Source of the DNA: Cardiobacteriaceae bacterium
Lineage (GTDB): Bacteria > Pseudomonadota > Gammaproteobacteria > Cardiobacteriales > Cardiobacteriaceae
Reading direction: 5' to 3'
NCBI GenBank assembly: GCA_030532785.1
Contig: JAUNKJ010000012.1
Span: forward strand, 1 to 23,489
DNA length: 23,489 bases
Part shown: positions 5,761 to 12,800 of the stretch, one piece after another
Layout: each line of letters starts with the position of its first letter
Position numbering within the stretch: position 1 is the first letter of the stretch
Position numbers and translations under genes: made by a program
The notes under the pieces: generated by a model
What the model was told of the DNA's origin: nothing
What the model saw: the letters and a program-made list of their open reading frames with translations, nothing else
Databases searched by the model: none

Positions 5761-6399
5761 ATGGAAACCTTTTTCTACACGGCGTTTACCTTCCCCACGG
5801 CGGTGCCGACATTTTTGCTGATGCTCGCCGTACTCTTCTGGCTGGTGTCGCTTTTGGGTCTCATCGATGCCGACAGTCTGCTCGATGGCCTTGACGGCGG
5901 CGACGGCAACTTTGCCGAAAGCGGCGGGCTGCCCGCAGCACTCCTCTGGCGCTTCCGCCTGATCGGCTATCCGATCACGCTGACCCTGACCGTGGTGGCG
6001 CTCTTTGCCTGGTGGCTGTGCTATTACGCGATGTTTTTCCTCACGCCGCTGTTGCCGTGGCCATGGCTGCGTTATCCCGTGGGCATCGCCCTGTTGCCGC
6101 TCGCGTTTTACGCCGCCGCGTGGCTCGCGGGCAAGGCGCTGCTGCCGCTGCGGCCGCTCTTTGTGCAAAAGGAAACGCGGGCGCAGGGTTTTGTCGGGAA
6201 AACGGCAGTGGTGCGCACCTCTGCCGTCGACGAGCATTTCGGCGAGGCGACGCTTGACGACGGCGGCGCGGGGCTGATTGTCCAGGTGCGCAGCCGCACG
6301 CCGCTCGATGCCGGGACGCGTGTGGTGCTGCTCGAATTCGATGCCCAGGATCATGTGTATTATGTGATGGCAGAACAGGAATTTTTTGCAAAGGAGTAA
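5761..6399 (+). CDS. YqiJ-like (DUF1449 / NfeD-type) inner-membrane protein; predicted partner of the downstream flotillin
   Basis: Start at ATG 5761 (METFFYTAFTFPTAVPTFLLMLAVLFWLVSLLGL...), preceded by AAAGGAACAACC. The ORF in the track, starting at 5572, runs through the structured leader and is rejected. The protein has several N-terminal TM helices and a C-terminal soluble OB-fold-like segment (GFVGKTAVVRTSAVDEHFGEATLDDGGAGLIVQVRS...VVLLEFDAQDHVYYV), as in NfeD/YqiJ proteins. The TAA stop (6397-6399) sits inside the SD of the next gene. Confidence 0.65.
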   Translation: METFFYTAFTFPTAVPTFLLMLAVLFWLVSLLGLIDADSLLDGLDGGDGNFAESGGLPAALLWRFRLIGYPITLTLTVVALFAWWLCYYAMFFLTPLLPWPWLRYPVGIALLPLAFYAAAWLAGKALLPLRPLFVQKETRAQGFVGKTAVVRTSAVDEHFGEATLDDGGAGLIVQVRSRTPLDAGTRVVLLEFDAQDHVYYVMAEQEFFAKE

Positions 6400-6403
6400 C
6401 ACG

Positions 6404-8287
6404 ATGATGGAAATGATATTACCGGTCGCGACCGGCGCGGCGATTGTGCTGGCAGTGCTGATTTGCGTGGCGCTGCTGTTCAAGGCCTTCTATTACAAAG
6501 TCAATCAGGGCACCGCCCTGATCGTCAATGATCTCAGCCGCACGCCCAAGGTGCATTTCACCGGCGCATTTGTCTACCCGGTGATCTACCGCAAGGAATT
6601 GATGAATATCTCATTGATTACCATGGAAATCGACCGGCGCGGCAAGGACGGCCTCATCTGCGCCGACAATATGCGCGCCGATATTACCGTCGCCTTCTAT
6701 CTGCGCGTCAACGAAACCGCCGAAGATGTGCTGAAAGTCGCCAAATCCGTGGGCGCGGGGCGCGCCTCCGACAAAGACGCCGTCAACGACCTCTTCAACG
6801 CCAAATTCTCCGAAGCGCTGAAAACCGTGGGCAAACAGATTGAATTCGTCAAACTCTTTGAAAACCGGCAGGATTTCCGCGACAAAATCATCCGCGTCAT
6901 CGGCAATGATCTGAACGGCTACATCTTGGAAGACGTCGCCATCGACTACCTCGAACAAACGCCGAAAAGCTCGCTCGACCCCAACAACATCCTCGACGCC
7001 GAAGGCATCCGCAAAATCACCGAACTCACCGCGCAGCAAAACATCCGCACCAATATGCTCGCCCGCGATGAAGAACTCGCCATCACCAAGAAAAACGTGG
7101 AAACGCGCGAAGCCATGCTCGAACTCGAACGCCAGCAAGCCGACGCCGAAGCCAAACAGCAGCGCGAAATCGCGAGCATCCGCGCCCGCGAAGAAGCCGA
7201 AGCACGCAAAGTGCAGGAAGAAGAACGCAAAAAAGGGGAAATGGCGCACATCCTCGCCGAGCAGGAACTCGCCGTCATGCGCGAAAACCAGCAGCGCGAA
7301 GTAGACGTCGCCGCGCAAAACCGCGAACGCGCCGTCGCCGTGGAAATCGAAAAAGTCAACCGCGCAAGGGCGCTGGAAATCGTCTCGCGCGAACGCGAAG
7401 TGGAACTGCACCGCATCGAAGCGGAAAAAGCCGTGGAAGTGCAGAAACAGGAAATCGCCAACGTCATCCGCGAGCGCATCAGCGTCGACAAAACCGTCGC
7501 CATCGAAGAAGAACGCATCAAGGAAGTGCGCGAAGTGGCGGAAGCCGACCGCGCCAAACAAGTGCGCATCCTCGAAGCCGAAGCGCGCGCCGAAGAAGAA
7601 AAAGTCCGCGCCATCAAAGCCGCCGAAGCCGAAGAACAAAGCGCCAAACACCGCGCGGTGGAAATCACCACCATCGCCCAGGCGCGCCTCGACGCCGCCG
7701 CCAAAGACGCCGACGCCAAGAAAAAACTCGCCGAAGGCACCCAGGCCGAACAGGCCGCCTTTGGCCTCGCCGCCGCCCGCGTCCAGGAAGCGCAAGCCAT
7801 TGCCAGCGAAAAACAGGGCATGGCGGAAGCGAACATCATCCGCGCCAAAGGCGAAGCACAGGCGCAGGCCGAGCGCGACATCGGCATGGCACAAGCCGAG
7901 ATCACCCGTGAACAATTCCGCGCCGAAGCCGATGGTTTGACAGAAAAATTCGGCGCGATGGACACCATGAGCGCGGAATCCCGCGCGCACGAGGAATACC
8001 GCATGCGCCTCGACAACGCGCTGAAAGAAAGCCTCGCCGCCATCGCCGCCGGACAGGAAATCGCCCAGGAAAACGCGCGCATCCTCGCGATAGCACTCGA
8101 AAAAGCGAAAATCGACATCGTCGGCGGCGAACAGCACTTCTTCGACACCTTCGCCAAATCACTCTCGCTCGGCAAATCCATCGACGGCCTCATCGGCAAA
8201 AGCGACATCGCCAGCAGCGTCATCCAGCAATTGCTGGGCAGGGACGCGCTGCCGGAGCGGCATGACGAACAAAACAGTGGGGGATAA
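6404..8287 (+). CDS. Flotillin / band-7 (SPFH) family protein, YqiK-like, with a long Glu/Ala/Arg/Lys-rich coiled coil
   Basis: AAGGAG at 6391-6396 lies 7 nt upstream of ATG 6404 (MMEMILPVATGAAIVLAVLICVALLFKAFYYKVNQGTALIVND...). It has an N-terminal TM anchor, then an SPFH core (ADITVAFYLRVNETAEDVLKVAKSVG...), then an EA-repeat coiled coil of about 300 aa (7050-7950), as in bacterial flotillins. Gene order with the upstream NfeD-type gene matches E. coli yqiJ-yqiK. Confidence 0.8.
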   Translation: MMEMILPVATGAAIVLAVLICVALLFKAFYYKVNQGTALIVNDLSRTPKVHFTGAFVYPVIYRKELMNISLITMEIDRRGKDGLICADNMRADITVAFYLRVNETAEDVLKVAKSVGAGRASDKDAVNDLFNAKFSEALKTVGKQIEFVKLFENRQDFRDKIIRVIGNDLNGYILEDVAIDYLEQTPKSSLDPNNILDAEGIRKITELTAQQNIRTNMLARDEELAITKKNVETREAMLELERQQADAEAKQQREIASIRAREEAEARKVQEEERKKGEMAHILAEQELAVMRENQQREVDVAAQNRERAVAVEIEKVNRARALEIVSREREVELHRIEAEKAVEVQKQEIANVIRERISVDKTVAIEEERIKEVREVAEADRAKQVRILEAEARAEEEKVRAIKAAEAEEQSAKHRAVEITTIAQARLDAAAKDADAKKKLAEGTQAEQAAFGLAAARVQEAQAIASEKQGMAEANIIRAKGEAQAQAERDIGMAQAEITREQFRAEADGLTEKFGAMDTMSAESRAHEEYRMRLDNALKESLAAIAAGQEIAQENARILAIALEKAKIDIVGGEQHFFDTFAKSLSLGKSIDGLIGKSDIASSVIQQLLGRDALPERHDEQNSGG

Positions 8288-8290
8288 GCC

Positions 8291-8554
8291 ATGGATATCA
8301 CGACCATTGATTTGCACGATGCAGAAAAACAGCTCGTGCAATTGGTGCAGAAAGTCAGCCGTTCGGGCAAACCAATCGTGATTGCCGAAGATGGCAAATC
8401 TTTGGTGCAGATCGCGCCGCTTGCGGAAAAAAACCGCAAACCGATTTGGGGCTTTATGCAAGGGCAAATCACCGTGCCGGATGATTTTGATGACATGGAA
8501 GCGGAGACGATCGCGGCCATGTTTGCCGGAGAGGATGATGAAGATTCTCTTTGA
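8291..8554 (+). CDS. Type II antitoxin, Phd/YefM (VapB-like) family
   Basis: 87 aa. MDITTIDLHDAEKQLVQLVQKVSRSGKPIVIAEDGKSLVQIAPL...KPIWGFMQGQITVPDDFDDMEAETIAAMFAGE. The C-terminal G.M.G.I.IPDDFD...F segment is typical of antitoxins paired with PIN toxins. Its 3' end overlaps the toxin start. Confidence 0.75.
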   Translation: MDITTIDLHDAEKQLVQLVQKVSRSGKPIVIAEDGKSLVQIAPLAEKNRKPIWGFMQGQITVPDDFDDMEAETIAAMFAGEDDEDSL

Positions 8555-8933
8555 TACCCATGTCCTTTTATGGATTGCGCTGGATCAGAAAGAAAAATTT
8601 TCCCGGAAAAGCCTGGCCTTGCTTGAAAACGCAGATCAGGATTTTTATGTGAGCGTGGCGAGTATTTGGGAAATTGCGATCAAGGCATCGTTGCAGAAAA
8701 CGGATTTCCAGATTGACCCTCGGCAGATGGTATTCCAGATGCAGGAGGCGGGAATCCATTTGCTGCCCATTGCATGCGAGCATATTTTTCATCTTGCGCA
8801 ATTGCCATCCATTCATCGCGATCCTTTTGACCGCCTGCTGCTGGCGCAAGCGGAAACGGAAAAGATGTATTTGATGACCGCCGACAGTAAATTGTTGCAG
8901 TACGCAAGCGCTTGGGTCATCGCGGCGGGATAG
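8535..8933 (+). CDS. vapC: VapC-type PIN-domain ribonuclease toxin
   Basis: Start at ATG 8535/8538 (MMKILFDTHVLLWIALDQ...), overlapping the antitoxin stop (8552-8554) by about 20 nt. The track ORF 8382-8933 begins inside the antitoxin and is not used. PIN acidic residues appear in the expected context (FDTHVLLW; SVASIWEIAIK; DPFDRLLLAQAE; LMTAD). Confidence 0.8.
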   Translation: MMKILFDTHVLLWIALDQKEKFSRKSLALLENADQDFYVSVASIWEIAIKASLQKTDFQIDPRQMVFQMQEAGIHLLPIACEHIFHLAQLPSIHRDPFDRLLLAQAETEKMYLMTADSKLLQYASAWVIAAG

Positions 8934-8965
8934 AATGAACCAGGTATATGTACCGTTCTTTTTTT

Positions 8966-9051
8966 GGTGAGAAAATTTCTCATGTATAAGCGCTTTGCGC
9001 GAGAAAATTTCTCACCATAAGCGCTTAATGATGGTAAAAAAACCACTATTT
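8966..9051. repeat. Copy C (long form, inverted orientation) of the modular palindromic element
   Basis: TGGTGAGAAAATTTCTCATGTATAAGCGCTTTGCGCGAGAAAATTTCTCACCATAAGCGCTTAATGATGGTAAAAAAACCACTATTT, the reverse complement of the ATAGTGGTTTTTTTACC...AAGCGCTT...GAGAAAATTTCTC arrangement. It is followed directly by the SD and ATG of the ankyrin gene. Confidence 0.7.
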
Positions 9052-9062
9052 CAAGGATAAAT

Positions 9063-9800
9063 ATGAAAAAATATACAAAAACCGGCAAAGCCCTGTGGTT
9101 ATCCCTGCTCTGCGCGCTGAACCTCGCCCACGCCACGGACGATGCGCAGGCGGAAAAACTGCACGAGATGTCGCGTGCGGCGAAGGCGGGCGATGTGGCA
9201 GCGTTGCAGACGCTCGCGGGCACGCCGCCGGATCAGGCACTTTATGCGCGTCTCTTGTGCCGCAGCATCGCCGCGGACAATTTCCGCGCGTTTGTCGCCC
9301 TGCTCGATGCCGGTGCCGATGCCGGCTATGGCGAGCGCGGCGTGCGTGATCCCGGGATACACTGCGCCGTGTTGCCGCCCGCGCTTCGAGCGCGCTATCT
9401 CGAAGAACTGTTGCGGCGTGGCGTGGACGTGAACACGCGCAATACCCTGGGGGAAACCCCGCTGCACAGCGCGCTGGGGCTGACGAAAAAGCCGTTCGTC
9501 CAGATCGAGATGGTCGACATGCTGCTCGCGGCAGGCGCGGACATCCACGCCCGCGACAAATACGGCAAGACCGTGCTGTTCAAGGCCATCGTCGGCGGCA
9601 ATCCGCACCGCGACTGGGTGATGTATTTTCTCGAAAAAGGCGTGGACCCGCAGGCGAGAAGCGATATGGGTTACACCTTCCAGTTCAACTATCTCTACAG
9701 CACCCGCGAAATGAAAGGCGAGGGGAAACGCCGCCGCGACAAAGTCAGACAATGGCTTAGCGAACGCGGCATACCGCTGGAAAGTGATGCAAAAAAATAA
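9063..9800 (+). CDS. Secreted (Sec signal peptide) ankyrin-repeat protein
   Basis: MKKYTKTGKALWLSLLCALNLAHA|TDD... signal peptide with an AxA site. There are at least three ANK repeats (e.g. GETPLHSALGLTKKPFVQIEMVDMLLAAGADIHARDKYGKTVLFKAIVGG). RBS AAGGA sits 7-10 nt upstream. The stop TAA 9798-9800 immediately precedes repeat copy D. Confidence 0.75.
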   Translation: MKKYTKTGKALWLSLLCALNLAHATDDAQAEKLHEMSRAAKAGDVAALQTLAGTPPDQALYARLLCRSIAADNFRAFVALLDAGADAGYGERGVRDPGIHCAVLPPALRARYLEELLRRGVDVNTRNTLGETPLHSALGLTKKPFVQIEMVDMLLAAGADIHARDKYGKTVLFKAIVGGNPHRDWVMYFLEKGVDPQARSDMGYTFQFNYLYSTREMKGEGKRRRDKVRQWLSERGIPLESDAKK

Positions 9801-9804
9801 CCAT

Positions 9805-9860
9805 TTATAGTGATTTTTTACCACCACAAGCGCTTCACGATGGTAAAAACATACTATATT
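9805..9860. repeat. Copy D (short form) of the modular palindromic element
   Basis: TTATAGTGATTTTTTACCACCACAAGCGCTTCACGATGGTAAAAACATACTATAT, a roughly 50-bp palindrome ATAGT...TTTTTTACCA...AAGCGCTT...TGGTAAAAA...ACTAT. Confidence 0.65.
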
Positions 9861-9878
9861 TAAGCAAAGGATGAAAAA

Positions 9879-12800
9879 ATGACCGATCTGCACAGCGAAA
9901 CCCTGGTCAATCAGGCGGTGGCCGAAGGCAGCGCCTACGCCATCATCCGCAAGCGTCTGGAGGAACAGGGCGCGCGCTTGCAGACCCTGACCCGTGCCTT
10001 GAACGAGGCGCGTACCGCGCATTTCGGCAGCACCGAGATGCGCGTCGTCGCCCGCATCCGCGTGCGCACCGAACACAATTGCATCGCCCGCGACATGGTG
10101 CAGCTCGGCGACACACTCCTCTTCGGCTACAACGTTTTCATGGGACTCAAGCCGGAAACGCATGTGGCAGACGTCTTCGCCCTGTTTGCGCTGGAGGTGG
10201 CGGACGGGCAAACCACCATCCGCGAAGTGCCGCTCGCGGGCAGCTTCCTGCAAGACAGCCGCTTCACCAGCGATTTCGACGAACTCTACCGCTATTACAA
10301 GCACACCCGGCTCACCGAACTCACCGTGCGCGACGGCAAACTTCTGGCCGCCTTCCAGATCGGCGAACGCGCCGAAGACCGCCGCGTCTTCCGCTGGCAA
10401 TTGCGCCCCGACGGCACGCCGGATTACATCGACAACCGTGGCGAACGCGACATCGCGCTCCCCGAACCCTATGATTTCCTGTGGCATAGCGCCGGGCGCG
10501 AGCGCCTGAGCGAAGACGGCAGCCACCTCAACATCGCCGACACCCTGTTTGTCGCCACACGCGACGGCACCCTCACCCTGCGCATGGAAGACAACACCCA
10601 AGGCGGGCAAACCCTGCTTGCGGAAACGCTTGCCGACCGCACCCAATCGCTCGCCGATCTCGACGCCGCATGGGCGGATGTCGACGGCCTGCTGCTCCTG
10701 CGCCTCACCCCCTACCGCGAAGCGCCGCGCCACTACATTTTCAACCGCCTCACCCAAGCGCTCACGCGCGAAGACAGCCTCGGCGACTCCTGCGTGCAGC
10801 TCCCGGAAGGCCACGGCATCCTCTACCCCGGCGGTTATGCCCTTGCAAGTGGCGAGATCAAAAACTACGACGAACCGCAGGGCATGACCTTCAAGCGCAA
10901 AATCCGCGCCCCCAACGGCGAAGACATGCTCTTCGTCTTCTACGCCCCGGCGCGCGGCGAATTTGCCCTCTACTCCTACAACCTCATCAGCAAAAGCCTG
11001 CAAAATCCGGTGTATGGCCACGGCTATGCGCTCTCGCCTTCCGGCGCGCTCACCATCTTCAGCGCCGAAGGCGAGCCGACGCGGGTGCATCCCATGCAAA
11101 TCTGGCAAACGCCCTATTGCAGCGACGAACACGCCGCCAACCAGCCGCAGGACGACGCCCCCTTCTCGCGCATCGGCAACCCCGATCTGGTGCGCGGCAT
11201 CTCCGACCTCTACAGCGTCGCCCGCCTCATCGGCGAACAGCAGGCCAGCCAGGCCGTCTACGAACGCCTGCAAAAACAGATACAAAAACTCTTTGACGAC
11301 TACTACTGGCTTGATGACGCCAGCCTCGCCGCCGAAGCAACGCTTGCGCCCTTTGCCGCCCTGCTGCGCGACATGGACGCCACCGCCGACAACGTCATCG
11401 ACGAATTTGAAAAAGCCGAAGCCATCCGCCGCGACGCCGCCCACGCGCTCGAACAGGCGCGCGAGGCGCAGCGCCAGTTGCAGCGCGACCTGCAACACGG
11501 GCAATGGGCAACCGTGGGCGAACACGCCCAGGCGCTCGCCCGCATCGGTGAAGCGCGCGGGCAGCTCGTCATGCTCGGCGAACGGCGCGGCATGGATACG
11601 GCAGCGCTTGGCGAACTGCAACAGGCGCTCGACGCCCTGCAGGCGCAGACCGGCGAGCGCACCGTCGCCTTCTTGCGCGACGCCAACGCCTTTGCCGCCT
11701 ACCACGACGCGCTGGCGCAACTGGCGGCGCAAATCGATGCCGCCGCCAAACGCAGCGATCTCGACGCCATCCTCGCCGACATCCAGCACAGCGCCGCCGG
11801 GCTGGATGAACTCTCGGCGCTGATGAACACGCTGGAGATTGAAGACGCCACCCTGCGCACCCGCATCATTGACGACATCTCCGCCGTCTACGCCCGCCTC
11901 AACCAGGAGCGCGCCCGCGCGCGCCACAAGGGGCAAGGCCTCGGCAGCGAAGAAGCCGCCGCGCAATTCGCCGCGCAAATGAAGCTGCTCACGCAAAGCC
12001 TCGGCAATGCGCTCGCCGACGTGCAAACCCCGGAGGACTGCGACGATGCGCTCGCGCGTCTCCTCGTGCAACTGGAAAATCTGGAAAGCCGCTTTGCTGA
12101 CGACGAACGCTTCCTTGCCGACCTCGCCGACAAGCGCGACGACCTGCACAGCGCGCTCACCGAACGCAAGCAGCAACTGCTCGAAGCGCGCGAACGCAAG
12201 GGGCAGCAACTCGCCGACGCCGGCTCGCGCATCCTCGACAACCTCGCGCGCCGCGCCCAGACCTTCAGCGACGTCGCCGCCTTCAACACCTGGCTTGCCA
12301 GCGATGCACTGGTGCAGAAAATCGCCCAACTCGGCAAAACCCTGCGCGAACAGGGCGACACCGTGCGCGCCGACGACCTCGACGCCCGCTTCAAGGCCAT
12401 CCGCGACCAGGCTATCCGCACCTTGCGCGACAAAAGCGAACTCTTTGACGGCGAACATCTCATCCGCTTCGGCCAATACCGCTTTTCCGTCAACAGCACA
12501 GCGCTCGACCTCGTCCTCCTGCCGCGCGAGGGCAAACTCTGCGCCCACCTCGCCGGTACCCAATATTTCCAGCCCATCGAACACCCCGAACTCGACGCCC
12601 TGCGCGACTACTGGGACATCAGCGTCCTCTCCGAAAGCGCCGCGCTCTACCGCAGCGAATATCTCGCGGCCGAAATGCTGCGCGCCGCCGTGCGCCGCGA
12701 ACAGGGCCTGACCCTCGAAGCGCTGGGGCAGGCGGTGCAAAGCCTGCCCGACTTGCAGGCGCTGGCAGCCGCCTTTGCCGCGCCGCGCTATCAGGAAGGC

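Noticed and set aside
6611-8520. Minus-strand ORFs 6611-8137 (508 aa) and 6946-8520 (524 aa)
   Set aside because: Antisense to the flotillin coiled-coil region. Phe/Gly/Ala or Ser/Ala/Cys low-complexity translations arise from the GAA/GCC codon repeats of the sense strand.
8943-8965. Possible intrinsic terminator after vapC (GGTA-TATG-TACC followed by TTCTTTTTTT)
   Set aside because: The stem is only 4 bp, far too weak. The T-run is more likely part of the AT-rich flank of repeat copy C.
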